Source of the DNA: Camelus dromedarius | Taxonomy: Eukaryota | Reading direction: 5' to 3' | NCBI RefSeq assembly: GCF_036321535.1 | Contig: NC_087447.1 | Location: forward strand, 40,798,001 to 40,862,000 | DNA: 64,000 nucleotides | Shown: one piece after another, positions 1 through 13,014 of the stretch | Layout of the letters: every line of letters begins with the position of its first letter | Position numbering within the stretch: position 1 is the stretch's first letter | Position numbers and translations under genes: made by a program | The notes under the pieces: generated by a model | Database searches by the model: none | The model's input: the letters and a program-made list of their open reading frames with translations, nothing else | What the model was told of the DNA's origin: nothing

Positions 1-827
1 CTCCATGGGCACAGGTACACGCAGGGAGGCCTGTCTTCTCTCCATCAGGGGCCTCCCTCCTCCTGGACCCCAGGTTAGGAAGATGCTGTCCTCCACACAC
101 ACAGCCCCTGTTCAGAAACGATCGATTTATTTCCCGCCTTTTATTAATCAGAGTCACATGTAACTGTTAAGCAGGGCTTCTGACTCCCAGTAGATAAGAT
201 ATTTTTCTACCCTGAGTCTTCTAGAAATCTAACTCAAAGCCAAGGAAAGGATTCCCTTCGTTAACCTGTGTATGTTTTTTATTGCTGGGCCTTTTTGGAA
301 CAGTTTGAAACACAAGAATACCCTGCCCTCTTTTTGGAACCTAAGAATACCCTGCCCAGGTCTCATCTCCAAGATCAGGTGAGATCGGGCACAGGCAGGC
401 TGGTGCGACCACAGACCGGGTCTCACCTCCTGTCCTGTCTCCTCACTTCTGCCCCCACTTTGCCCCTCTGTGGCATCTTCAGCAAGTGCCTGAATCTTTC
501 TGATGGAATGAATGACTTGGCCTCTTTTTCTCTCCCCAGGGAAATGAGACAGATGAATTCTCTAGCCTGTGGGGTTCAAACCATTTTCTTTAGCCAATGA
601 CTCTTTCTTTAAAGGGTTTCCTCTGCAAAATCCTAATATGTAAACAGACTCAAAGCAGCGTAGTAAAGGGGGAAAGAGGGACCCTCAGACCCCTCCTTGC
701 CCAAGCCCGGGGTCCGCTTTCCCCAAGGGGGCTCCACAGAAGCTCTTGAAAACTACTCTTAGCTAGGTTATTTTAAATGGGGGACATCTTCTCTCCTATG
801 GAGGGGTCCGTATTCAAAGTCTTGGGA

Positions 828-1004
828 TGGGAGGGTGTAGCTCAGTGGTAGAGTGCATGGTTAGCATGCACAAGGTCCTGGATTCCATCCCCGATACCTC
901 CATTAAAAACAAACAAACAAACCTAATTGCCTCCCCCCAAAGAAAAACAAGAAAAAAAATTAAATGTTAAAAAAATTTTTTTAATATAAATAAAAAGAAA
1001 AGAA
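828..1004 (+). mobile_element. tRNA-derived SINE, camelid Vic-1-like, full length with A-rich tail
   Basis: Pol III A box TAGCTCAGTGG (838-848), degenerate B box GGATTCCATCC (880-890), A-rich tail, and a perfect 12-bp TSD AAAGTCTTGGGA at 816-827 and 1005-1016. Confidence 0.85.
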
Positions 1005-2399
1005 AAAGTCTTGGGAAAGTAGGGTGAGGTGGCATGCATACTTTGAAAAAGCATATTTATATTCCAAAATGGCCATTGTTCTTATTTGTTTCCAGTTGTG
1101 ATAGTTAATTTATTTCTTTTCAAATTGCGAGGAATAGGAAAGGAAGGATTTTTAATGTTTATGAAAAGGAGGCATTGATTTATAAAAGGTTGCAATCCAT
1201 TGACCTGAATCATTGTTTTACAAAATGCTGGTCACAACACATTAGTAGAATCATGGAATCAATTTCCTAGGTCACTACCAGCCTTCACTATTGACAGACT
1301 TGTAGCATAAACAGAATGTACCGGAGTTAGTCACACACAGTAAAGCTAAAGACTGTTTTGTAAATTGTGGTTTCCCTTATATATGTACAAGATAAAATGT
1401 GAAATGTAGTTCTTATTATGGGTTACAGTCAAAAGAGGCAGAGAGCACTGGTCTGGATGGACATTTCTGCAGTTCCTTTGGGCTCTGCCTTTGCCTCCTG
1501 CCTGCGTTTGAGAACTCTGTGACCCACTCTACTGAGCTGGGCACTGATGAGGAGTGCAGGGAGACAAGGGCTCGAGAAGGCAGGACTGCTGGGTGGGGTG
1601 AACCCCTCCCCTCTAGAGAGCCCAGCCCCCCACGCACTGTCCAACAATTCCATTCCTTCTACTGGAGCCCGGCAGGAGGCGAGGAGGTTAAGATGGGGCT
1701 GCCCTTGACCACATCCATCGTCCAGGATGCTGACGGTGGTGTGCTGTACAAGGCGAGTGGTGTCGGTGTGCGAGGGTTCTGGGCACCCTCCATGGCCCCC
1801 AACAATGTGGAGGCTTGTCACCTCCAGGCTGCTCTGGTTCATGGAGGCCACTCCCAGGACCTGAGCTGTACCTCCCAGCTTCATGCTCCAGGTTGCCTTG
1901 GTTTTTGTGATTGCTCACATGCCATCCCACTGGGTCATGAGCCTTGGGAGCAGAGGGCAGCCTGGAGCTTAGCACCCACACTGGGAGGAATTCTCAGGGT
2001 CTCCCCCAAAAGTGACAGTCCCACAGGGCAGGAATATATCCATGTCCTAGCCCCGGGCTGCATGGTGTGACAGACCAGCCTGGCCGGAAAAGTCATCATT
2101 TCCCACCCAACTCCCCAGCCAGGAGGATCCATCCTGATGCAGAGGCCCTCACACTGTGGTACTGGGTTCCCTGACATGTGTGTGGCTTCCCCAACTTCCC
2201 TGCCTCACCTGGTCTGAGCAGGAATGGGGTTAGGAGCAGGGAGCCAAGGCAGACCTTCCTCGGGTATCCTAAGGCACCTCACCCCAGAGTACTAGCAATG
2301 AGCAGCCACCTCATAAACTACCCATTGCTGACTCATAATTCTACCCCAGCTTCCAGCCCAGTCCCTGGCCCACAACTATAGTAGCCATCGTCAGCAACT

Positions 2400-2625
2400 A
2401 TATAGCACTTAGAACACGAGAAGCTCTGATATTAATTTATTCAATCCACAATAACCCCATAAGGAAGCAGGTATTATGATTATCCCCAATTTTCCACGTT
2501 AGGAAACTGAGGCACAGAGAAGTTAAGTGACTTGCACCAGGTCACACAGCTAGTGAGAAGTGAGGCCAAGTTCCAAACTCTGGCAGTGTGTCTCAGAGAT
2601 CCTGCACCTCACTGCCAGGTTAGGC
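2400..2625 (-). mobile_element. MIR SINE
   Basis: MIR core GGAAACTGAGGCACAGAGAAGTTAAGTGACTTGCACCAGGTCACACAGCTAGT; edges approximate. Confidence 0.85.
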
Positions 2626-4107
2626 TACCTCTGCACAGCTGCATCTCCATGCATATGGGTTGAATAAGTGAATTAACTTTAATTTATAACTCCAAATGCA
2701 TGAAGTTCAGTTTTCATCTCTTTGTGGGTATCCAGAAAAGCTAGGGCAAACCCATGTGTTTTTCAGTGTTCCGGGACCCACTAGGGAGCTTCTTTTTAAG
2801 CCACCCATCCAGAGGAAAGGACATTAGAACTGGGTGCATCTCCTTCCTGAAGAGAAGGACATGCTCATGAATCCATAAGAGGCTGTGCATCCCGGTTCCC
2901 TCTCTGGTTGCCCATCAACCTTGAGGCATGGTATGGAGGTAGAATCTCAGGGCTCTAGGGTCTTTGAGCAGAGCTCTCACCCTCAGAGCTGAGCCTGGGA
3001 ATCTCAGGCCTCCCAGGAAGGCCGGCTTGCCCCCTCGTGATCCTTTCTGGGCATTGGAATCAGCTTTATCATGCACTTTGAAAATCCATTTGTACAGCAA
3101 ACGCTCACTATTATGGAGGCCCCTGAAGAACGTTCAGACCCTGTGGATAATCCTGAGACCCACTGAAGTGGCCTTGTCTGACCCTGTGCACGAGATGTGA
3201 GTGTGGATGCTTTCCAAGGCCCCTGGCTGACAGAGACAGATAAGCGTGAGACCCCGATTAAACGTGTCCCAGACGCATGGACTTCCTTTGTCCAAAGCCC
3301 TTGCTTGTTTTGTCTGGCTGAACGCAGAGCCCACCTCCTTCCTCTGCCCCAGGTGCCCATGCGGCACGACTGGGTTGGTAAACTAAGAATTTGCCAGATG
3401 GAAAGGACTAACTTTTCCCCCTTTCAAAATCACAGGCATGACGGGGTTTTTTTGCACACATTTCGCCGGACACATGCTGCATCCGAAATACAGTGTTGAG
3501 ACATCATAAAGGTTTTCACGTCTTTCATGTGATAAATATTTTTACCGTCATGCTCGAGAAATGGATTTTGTTTGAAATGGCCTATCTCCTTTGATGGCTT
3601 CTTTGACATAAATTCAAAGCCTTTCCTGGTCCTGCAGGGGCCTGGGCTTGGAAGGGCCTGTTGGTTAACTTTTTTCGAAGGACAAATCCACTTCTCGTCA
3701 CTGAAATACAGCTGTGGCTGCCCGGGGTTGGGAGATTTACAACTGAGAGCAGTGATGAAAAGATGTCCAGGGGGCCCACAGCTGCTGGGAGCGGTGGTGC
3801 TCACCTCGGGAACCCCTGCAATCCAGGCACCCGGGAGCCTGTGAGCAGACTGAAACCCGCCGGGGCCCTGGCTCCCATGGATCCTTGTCTGCTGTAAATT
3901 GCACTTAAAGATTCAGATGTGGCTGTTGAACCAGAGTGGAGCCCCATACTATTTCTTCATGTAGGTTTGTTTTTCCAAGTGTTCTTATCTCATCTTAGAA
4001 ACGACACATTTTTAATGGTCTTCCTACATGCCATGAGCAGCCCCTGAGACTAGAGGAATCTGTTTTCGGGACAAGTCTTTGTAGGCTGCTGTGGGCTTCT
4101 GTAACTC

Positions 4108-4146
4108 TGTGTGTGTGTGTATGTGTGTGTGTGTGCGCGCGCGTGT
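4108..4146. repeat. (TG)n(CG)n compound microsatellite
   Basis: TGTGTGTGTGTGTATGTGTGTGTGTGTGCGCGCGCGTGT, an alternating purine-pyrimidine tract. Confidence 0.9.
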
Positions 4147-4584
4147 CTAGCTATGTCTGTGTCCATATATGAGGATACAGCTGCTGATAACTGAGCAAAA
4201 CAGGAACTTCCCTCTCCTCTGGGAGCCTGGGTTAATAGTCCTGGGATCTGGTGATTAATACCCTCTCCCTCCGCACCTGCAGGGCCCCTCTGACCACCCC
4301 CTCCCCCCTCCAGCCTGACATACAGGCTGCAGGTGCATCTGCAGATCCAGATCGAGAACCAGTTTTGGTGACGGGAGTCTGAGGGAGGATTTCCTGGTTT
4401 GTCCAAGGCTCGGTCTCCAGGGATTGGCTGCCTCAGAGGTCCTGGAAATACTTGGTGGTCTAGTAGGTTGTCTGTCCCCAGAGCCACTTTGCAGGAATCC
4501 TTGTGAGTGATGGAGGATGCACTGAGCAGAGAAAGAGGACATTCAGGGGCTTTGTCTATTTCCAGTCCAAGAATCAGCAGCTAC

Positions 4585-4690
4585 CAAGCTGTGTGACCTT
4601 GGGCAAGTCATTTAACCTCTCTGGGCCCTTGTTTATTTATAAAATAAAAAATCTGAACTAGAGGCCTAAGGGTACCATTGAACATTCTGC
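4585..4690 (+). mobile_element. MIR fragment
   Basis: AGCTGTGTGACCTTGGGCAAGTCATTTAACCTCTCTGGGCC core. Confidence 0.75.
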
Positions 4691-4912
4691 TTCTGAGTGG
4701 GAACGACCAGTCCCTATGTGAGCCAGAATCTGTGATCTAATCCACCTTAGAATCACATCTGGGACATGAGGTTCTTAGAGATGATCTCGTCTCACCCCCT
4801 TAAGTTTACCCAGGAGAAAACTCAGGCCTAAAGAGAGAGAGGGACTTGCCCGTTCAGAGTGGATGAGTTGCAGAGCTGGGACCAAGAGGCCTGTGATGCC
4901 AGCCACCTCTAT

Positions 4913-5098
4913 AGTCTGATTCTCAGAGTGAAGCTCCTCCTGCAGCATCCTCTGGGAATTTGTGAGAAATGCACATTTTCAGGCTCCACCCCAGATCTGC
5001 TGCTGAATCAGAAACTCTAGGGTTGGGGCCCGGCTTGAAATGTGCCCAAACAGGCCCTCTAGGTGAGTCTGATGCTCACTAACATTTGGGAATCACTG
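4913..5098 (+). mobile_element. MER5A (hAT-Charlie MITE)
   Basis: CAGCATCCTCTGGGAATTTGTGAGAAATGCA…CCACCCCAGA…CTGAATCAGAAACTCTAGGGTTGGGGCCC…TCTGATGC…TTTGGGAATCACTG follows the MER5A layout. Confidence 0.8.
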
Positions 5099-6399
5099 CA
5101 AGACAGCAAGTGGCTGCCCCTTTAAGATCAGAAGAAAGACACTGAAAGCCGACAGTCTTCCCAGGAGAGGCTGAGACTGGAGAGGAATGGGGAGAGTGAT
5201 ATTACAGGGGAAAGGGACACGCTCTTCCCAGCTTACCTCAGGCCGCAGGTTTCCCAAAGCAAGGACTCTGTAGCCCATCCCAGCACTGGGAGCTGCAGCT
5301 GCTGTAGCTGTCCTAAGTCGGTCCGGGTTGCAGGCTGTCCTGCTGCAAAGGGTCATGTTTCTTTCTTCCTGTCGAGCCCAGCTGTTCCCATCTGTGTATC
5401 TGCACCAGGAGAAGCATGGCACTCTGACATCAGCAGGGTCACCAGCTAGTTCATTCTAAGAAATTGATGTGTGGAAACACTGTGTTTTATGTGTGAACAG
5501 TGAGGTGTATATTTAGAAGTCCGAGTGCTCAGCTCCGGGCTGTCAGCTCTCAAGAGAAAAAAAAATGATGGTATGTGCTTCAGAGTTCATTATATCTCCT
5601 AGGCAGAATTCTAGGTTTAAAGGGTTGTTTTAAAGTAGCACATAATGGCACCTATAAATCCTGGTTCCTGAGGTACGTACATTTGTCACTCCCTAAAATG
5701 AGTTTTTCACATGTTCTTTATGTGGTTGGCTCAGAGCATAAAAACTTGGACGTTTAATAGCAGCTTTCATCCTGCATAATTTCTAATCAAGTCCATTTCC
5801 ATTTCCTTGAGTGTGAGCGCATAGGCCGAGCTCCGGCTGTCCCCACCTGCCCGGCCATCTCAGCCATGAACTCAGCCACATCCGGGCCCAGAATCCACCC
5901 TGTACAGGGGGAGAGGCCATGGCAGTCCCCGCCTGGCCAGGGAGCGGGTGTGGGATTTGTTTGGCTGCAAGAGGCCGTCACGTGGTATCTGGAGGGAGCT
6001 CGCAGAGTCCGACGGATTCCTCTTCCTTGCCTGCCATGTCAGCCCAGAATGAAATGACTAGGCTTCTTCCTAGACCGCCGACTCGTTCTCTAGTTTCTTA
6101 CTAGCACTTGCTGCCTTTCCTGGATCCGAGGCTTTCCTAACCTTTGCCAGCTCCTCCCCAGGCTCAGGGCCTGATTCTCTACCCCCCAGTTTGCGCGGTC
6201 CTGTTCTCAGTGACTTGAACATCCAGGATCATAACTACCTTTGTCCTTCCTGGCTGGGGCTGAATTAGGTGGGCCAGGGTTGTGTCCCATGAGGCCAGTA
6301 CCAGGGGAGCCAGAGAGGGCTCTCTCGGAACAAGGCAGAGAGGCAGATCAGGGTTGGAATCCTGGGGCAGAGACGCTTGACAAGCCAGCAGATCCTAGC

Positions 6400-6560
6400 T
6401 AACACTTTCACCAAGCTGACAAGGTACAGGCACTGTTCTGAGTGCTGGACACAGATTCCCTCCTCCACTCCTCACTACTCCCCTATGAAGTAGGTATGGT
6501 TATCCTACTTACAAGTGAGGAAACTGAGGCACAGAGTGGTTATGACATGGCCATCCCGTA
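6400..6560 (-). mobile_element. MIR fragment
   Basis: CCCTATGAAGTAGGTA…TTACAAGTGAGGAAACTGAGGCACAGAG. Confidence 0.75.
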
Positions 6561-6592
6561 GACGTGGCAGCCAGGAGCCACAGTCTGTGCCA

Positions 6593-6810
6593 CCGGGAGC
6601 CAGCACACTGCAGCCTGGGGGCCAAATCTGACCTGCTTCCTGCCTTAGAGATAGTCTTCTTGGAACAAAGCCACACGTGCTCACTTACATACTATCTATG
6701 GCTGCTTTTGAGAGACAGTGGCAGAGTTGAGTATTATAACCAAGACCATGTGACCTACAATCCTCAAATACTCACTACCGTCCTTTACAGAAAACATTTG
6801 CCGATCCCTG
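6593..6810 (+). mobile_element. MER58A (hAT-Charlie MITE)
   Basis: GGGCCAAATCTG…TTGGAACAAAGCCACAC…TCTATGGCTGCTTT…GGCAGAGTTGAGTA…CCTTTACAGAAAACATTTGCCGATCCCTG terminus. Confidence 0.85.
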
Positions 6811-8109
6811 CTTTATATCATACTGCTTCTCAGGACTCCCGTGAAGCTGATGCAGATTGTTTTATTACGTGCCAGTGTGCATTTTTCTCAGAATCTCAGA
6901 TGGGAAACCCCCAAAACAATAGCACTACAGCTTTAGGGAGCTTTGAAGGCCTGAGTTTTGGGTACCCAAATGCCAACGCCAATTCAAAGCGGAGAAGCTG
7001 AGTCTGGGACAGTTCAATCAGAGCTGGTGAGGAAGAAGCAGAGAGGCAGGAGGGCATCCTGAGGAAGCTGCCTCCTTCCCTGCAACACCGTTAGTTGCCG
7101 TGGAAGCTCTCCCCAGAGTTGCCTTCGCCTCGATGAATGACATCGTCCCAGAGGATTTTAATGCCGTCGGACCTGAGGCCGTCAGAGTTCCTTTCCTCCG
7201 ATTATCTCCAAGCCCTTTCCTGCCGGTTCCACTTCTTTCTCTTAGCAGTTCTGAGGATTCCTGGAAGGGAAAGCCTAATTGTGGGGGCTGCTGGGCAAAG
7301 CCCTTCCGCTCGTGTGCTAGCGCACCTCTAGAGGCAGAGAGGAGGGCAGACCTTCGCTTCCTTATTATTAGGGCTCTTAGCACATCAGAGGATGTTTTTT
7401 AAAAATCTGAAAATTTCCCCTTGGGAGTGGAAGTACAAGTGGAAGCGTAATGTCTTGCTTTTCGAGAGATAAGAAGCATTGCAATGATGTGCTCAAGTCC
7501 TCCTTTTTCTCCCCAGTGGAATCCAAATACTGGGTCCACCTCATGGAAGGGAAATGGGGCCCAAAGATTCGAAGTTTGCCCGGTATCAGAGGTGAGGATC
7601 GGCTGAGGCCTCCTGCCTCTCAGACCCAGCTGCTTCCCACAGGCACTCGGTGCCTCCCTCTGCTGGGACACGCCCGGGGCCCCGCTTTGGACCGAGGGCT
7701 GGGAGTTGGAGGAGGATGTATGGGGACACACATCCCGGGCTGTGAGGGGTGCCCAGAGGATGGCAAACTGAAGACAGCCAGCGCTGGCCACTGCTGTTCT
7801 CGGGTGAACGCCTCGCTGTGTGTTGGTGTGAATCCTGCGTCATCAGCATGGCTTGGGTGGACTGGCTTTGATGCTCTGCACACGCTGCTTGGGCTTCCTG
7901 GGCCAGACCCGGGCATCAGGCTCTTTAGTGGGAATAATGGTCCCTTCCCACCAGTGGCAAGCCAGCAGGCAGGTGATACCGAACTCCCACAATCAGCATT
8001 TCTAGATATTCAGCATATGTTTCTGGATATTCAAGTAGCCCCTTTCTTCTTAACCCAAATAAAGCATGCAACAAGGCATCTCAAAAATGGAAGAAAATTT
8101 TTCTAAAAA

Positions 8110-8192
8110 AAAAATCACTGAATTGTACATTTGAAATGGGTGAATTTTATCGTATGTAAATTATACCTCAATAAAGCTGTTAAAAAAATAAA
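8110..8192 (+). mobile_element. Old L1M 3' terminal fragment with poly(A) signal
   Basis: CACTGAATTGTACATTTGAAATGGGTGAATTTTATCGTATGTAAATTATACCTCAATAAAGCTGTTAAAAAAA is the typical L1MB/MC 3' end. Confidence 0.8.
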
Positions 8193-11100
8193 AGGAGTGG
8201 AAAAAAAGGAAACATCCTTTAAGAATTCTTATCTGGGATATTCAGCAGTGCTCGTTCCATTATTTAATGCTTAGCCTTCATCCTTCTGAAAGCTGACTTC
8301 TCAGTGGCTCTGCCCAGCAGGCTGGCAGTCTGTTCCCATTTCACAAGAAAGGAAACGGAGACTTGAAGGGCTGGCCTGTGGATTTTGTCCAGAGGGAGTG
8401 GGGAGGCAGGGTGCCCAGGACACTCCGGGAGGAGGGCCAGGAGACGGGAGCGGCTGTGCCTGTCCCCCGGATGAACCTCAGACACAGGGCCCCAGTGCAT
8501 GTGGCAGGCAGTTACCTGCGACACCCGCCTGCCTGTCCTACTCCCCCCCACCCCACCTCCTTGGCCCGGGGCTCTGGCTTTCACCACTAAATACCCGAAG
8601 CTCCAGCTCTGAACTTGCCCTGAGGGCTGAAACCAAAACAGCCGTGGCTTTAGGACTGGCTACAGGGCGGGAGCAAGGCCCCCTCCCCACCCACCCTCAT
8701 ACCCTTCGTGGCTCTGTCTGAAAGAGAGCCATACAAGTGACTGAGAAAGTCCGTAAGAAACAGGAAGGCTCTACTGCTTTCCTGGGAAAATACTCCTAAA
8801 TGTGTCCATGCAAAGGGACCAGAAACAGAGCTGCCACTTCCAAGGAGTGCACAGTGCAGCCTGGACCATGGGCTGGGGGTCCTAAGCCACGTGAGCTGTG
8901 TCCCAGCTGCTTCTGTCCACCCCTCGGCAGGGCTTAGCCAGTCCTGCTGCCCAGCCCCAAATAACTTTGACCTCCAGCAGCAGTTGTGCCTTGTGAACGC
9001 TTCTCTTGCTATTTTAGAGTTCATCCTGAAATGCAAGGAGCAGAGCTGGGTGCTGGATTCCTGCTTAGGGAGAGTTCTGGGCCACAGCTTCTCCTGCAGC
9101 TCCTCTAAAAAGCCACCAGCACCTCAGAGTGCATGACAGGAGCTGACACAGTGGCTCAGCTTCAGAAGATGGGGAGCTCTCCAGGAACGTGGTCCTTACC
9201 GAGGACAGACAGAAGTAGACGGGGCTGGGCAGCATCACAATGTCTGTTTCACTCCAGAACCCATTTTCCTTTCATTCCACCATGCAGTCTTGGCAAGACT
9301 CTGGAGCGAAAGCAGCTGGGCCGGCCCCCACTCGGGCCGCGCACTGAAGCAGCCACCCTCACGCAGGTTTTCCCACTGCGCTCAGCATCCACGACTTCAG
9401 AAACCTCGCAGGCCTTGGCGGGGCCTCCAGATGTGCTCCTTATGCCCAGCTTGTGAGCCCAGGGCCTCGGCTCTGCACTGCAGACTTGGGAGCATTCACT
9501 GCTCACAGCTTCGCAAGCTGCTTGTGGCCCCACTGCCCTCCTGTATCTGAATTAGTGCAGAGGCTGTCAGGACGGGAACCTGTAATTCTCTGTTCTCATT
9601 AGTGGGCTGCATGTCAGGCACCGTAGGCACATCTTGGAGACCCTACTGTGGCATTTCCTGGATGCCCTGTGTGATCACCAGCAGAAGTTTCTGGAAAACA
9701 GGTCAGGCACAATGAGGCCTGGGCACTAACGTGGGGAAGCGGATGCGCTGAGTGAAAGGTCTCCAGAAACCAGTAATTCTTTTCCACAGGGGCCTCCTAG
9801 GAAGGGCTCGAACAAGTAATAGTCAGATGATACTTACCCAGCAAGGCACAAGCACCAACCAACTTGCATGACTGCTGGTCACAGCATGGAGCAGGATCCC
9901 GGGCTCCGGGCGGGCCAGGCGTGCACCTTTTAGTTGCTGGCTGGTGGAAAGATCTGGATCATGCCAACCAAGAAAAGGGCCAGAGCAGCTGGGGTAAGAA
10001 GGCCACCTGGAGGGACTCTAGGAAGCAGCTGTTTACCCAGCGCTGTGAAGGTATTTCAGTAGTTTAACAGCTCCCGGGAACCAGTGCAGGCCGTCTGAGC
10101 AGCTTCCCAGGGCCTGAGGTTTTTCCCGTCCTCAAGCCAGACGTGCATCTAGCCCAGGACGTGGAGGGGGGGTTGGGCTTAGGAGGAGGAGGGGTTTTAG
10201 CAGCAAGTTCTTTCATGTCTCTGAGCTGCAGTTTCCTCTCATGTGTGATGGGAATGATAGAACCTTCATCATAGGGCCACTGTGATGGCCTGGCCTCACC
10301 ACCCGGCAGGGCCAGTGAGATGGAACTGGGGTGCAAGGTACAAGGGCATCAGCCCAGGGGCAAAGCTTTTGCAGTAAACACCCAAGATTAGCCTGAAGTC
10401 CCCTCCTCATTGGATCTCAAAGAATGTACTTTGGGGAAAAAATAATAATAATGCACTTTGCTACTGTGGACATTACCTTTGGTGATGGGGAGGAGGCGGG
10501 GCTTTGGCATATGTGCTTGTCGGTTCGTAAGCTATTTCCAAATGCTATGGCCAGCCCTGGGCCTTTCAGACTTGCCGTCTGTGCTGTGGTTCTTCCTTCC
10601 CCATCCACGCAGCCCTGCTGAGGCTCTGGCAGCCCTGGTTCTTGTTCTCCAGTTTCTGCTCTGTGCAGAGACCGAGGGAGACAGCTGGCCGTGGGAGGGT
10701 CCCGAGAGAGGGGGGCATAGCATGGCATTGTCTCCCCAGCCTATGGGTCTCCTCAGGCCCCGCTGGGGCTCCTTCTGCCCACAACACCTGGTTGCTCATG
10801 GCGAGTCAGGGAAGGCGGAGGAATGCCTCCCGCCCTGCCTGAGCGTTACACAGGTACCACTTGGGTCCTGCGTGCGGCTGTCTAGCGGAATAACCCTTCA
10901 GTGTTCCCTCTCAGCCTGCTTATCCCTAGGACTCAGACATGCACCAGGGCTAGGTGAGGGACTGGCCTCCGTGCTGTACTCAGAACCCTCCAAACGCTCT
11001 GGCGTGGCCGCTGGGCTGAGTTCACGGTGCCTTGCTCATCAGTGCCATGGACAAGCTCTCCCTTGGGGGTCCTCAGCCCCCTGAACACACACCTCTCTTT

Positions 11101-11589
11101 AGTACCTCTGCTCTTTGGTCAGGCGTGGCCCAAAGTGAACTCCAGCAGGAGCCACAGCCCGAGTCTGCGCCTGGGAGTGCCTTGTCCCTGGGTGAGAGAC
11201 ATCTGTGGGTCTGGTCCCTCACTAGATGTGTCCAGACACCCTTGGGCCCCTGCAGTGCAGTGGACCCAGCCCAGGCCCTTCCCTGAGGTCTCTTTGCCGT
11301 CACCCCAACTGTGTCAGACATGGTCCTCCTTAGCTGGCGACCGTGTAGATCTGCTTTCCTACTGGAGAGTGAGGGGAGTTGGGTTGAGGACTGGTTAAGG
11401 GGAGGCCACTTTCTGTGGACATGGAGCCCCTTCCTGTGGGGCTGGATGGCAGCAGCATCTTCCCAAGCTGGGATATCAGGGCAGGGCCATTCATCTATCC
11501 CATCTGAACTCAAGAGGAGTCGGGGGAAGAGCACTATGGTGGGCTGGGGACTCCGAGTTCCTCCATGGCCCTCAGCATCAGACACTCGT

Positions 11590-11792
11590 TGAGCTAATTA
11601 ATATTTATTACATGTCAGGCACTGGCCTAAGCTCCTCACATGGACCATCTCAAGTGGTCTGTGAAGAAGGTCCTATTATTATCCAGCCCACTTTCCAGAT
11701 GAGGAAACTGAGGTGCAGATCAGCTAGACCAAACTGGACAATGGTAGAGCTGGATTCTGTGGATTCTGTTTCTATAGCCAGTGCTCTTAAGG
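11590..11792 (-). mobile_element. MIR SINE
   Basis: CCCACTTTCCAGATGAGGAAACTGAGG core plus the GGCACTGGCCTAAG tail region. Confidence 0.75.
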
Positions 11793-11852
11793 AAATAGAT
11801 TAGCAGAGGCAAAGCCTCCTTACCTAAGAGATGTCAAATGTAAGCTGTAGAG

Positions 11853-12070
11853 CAGGCGGTCAGCACAGTTTTTATTAAAGGGCCAGATGGCATATATTTT
11901 CCACTTTGCAAGCCATGTGGTCTCTGCCGCACCCACTCTGCCTTTGCAGCGCTAAAGCAGCTGTAGGTAATACATAAGCAAGTGGATGTGATGTGTGTTC
12001 CAGAAAAGCTTTCTTTACAAAATAGATGGTGGGCCAGATTTGGCCCTCAGACCACAGTTTGCCATTTGTG
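11853..12070 (-). mobile_element. MER58A (hAT-Charlie MITE), full length
   Basis: Reverse-orientation MER58A (TAAAGGGCCAGAT…GGGCCAGATTTGGCCC…CAGTTTGCC), flanked by a near-perfect 8-bp hAT TSD: CTGTAGAG (11845-11852) and ATGTAGAG (12071-12078). Confidence 0.85.
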
Positions 12071-13014
12071 ATGTAGAGGAAAGCTTCAATGTCCCTGACA
12101 AACTGGGTGACCTCATAATTAGTCATTTAACCTCTTCATCTTTGGTTTCCTCATGTCTAGTAACTAACCACTGTGGAGTACTTATTAACTAAATTTATTT
12201 TAAAATGATGCACCGAGCCCCTTGTAAGAGACATGTGTTGTGCTGGGAGCCAAAGATACAGCAGGGGACAAGACAGATGGCATCCTACCCTCATGGAGTC
12301 CACACCCATGAGCACGACAGAGATAACCTTGGGTAAAGACATCAGTCAGCACCTTGCTTGGCTCCGGCAGAAATTCAACAAATACACCTCTTCTGGCCAT
12401 CACGTCCCTGACTTATTATTCAGGATCCACTGCTTTTAAGTTTGTTCTCATTCATACCCATCCTGAGTAAAAAGGCAGGAGCATGTGGTGCAACCCAGGA
12501 CTTTAATATGTTTTAATCCATTTTTATGCAACACCAGCCCAATTGTGAATCATAATTTTTTCATTAACTGATCTCATTTTACTTGGTAATATCCACTTAG
12601 GTATGTGAGGGCAGTAAAACTCCATTTCTGTTAAATATTATCTGATTCGGTTGGTTCACTGATTTAGATTTTTACTGCCCCCCATTCCAAGTGAATGAGT
12701 CATCCATCTTCTTAGCGATAACAAGGACCTTCAAGATCAGATGAGCCCTGTGTTTCCCTTCATACATGCCCAGCCAGGGGGGACAGGGGCAGCCTGAGTT
12801 CCGGGATGCAGCTCTGAGTAGCACCACGGTCCTAAAATCTCTTGCTTTGTCGTAAAAATGCTCATGTCATTTGCAACCTACTCCTTGATGTGGCCTAATC
12901 TGTTTAATATATGAGTTTCCTTTCATATCTTTAAGGAAAAGGTAGTCGAGATGATAGACCTTGTTTGTCTTTGGAATTCACGTGGGTCCAGCCCTTGGCT
13001 CTGAAGACACAGTG

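Noticed and set aside
828..903. tRNA gene (Ala-like head)
   Set aside because: The B box is degenerate, and the head is followed by an A-rich tail and flanked by a 12-bp TSD, so it is a SINE.
1399..2070. 223-aa ORF (similarly 7450-8106, 10458-11084, 57196-57744 and 63260-63841)
   Set aside because: No recognisable domain, mostly non-ATG starts, and overlapping ORFs in several frames, as expected by chance in GC-rich intron DNA.
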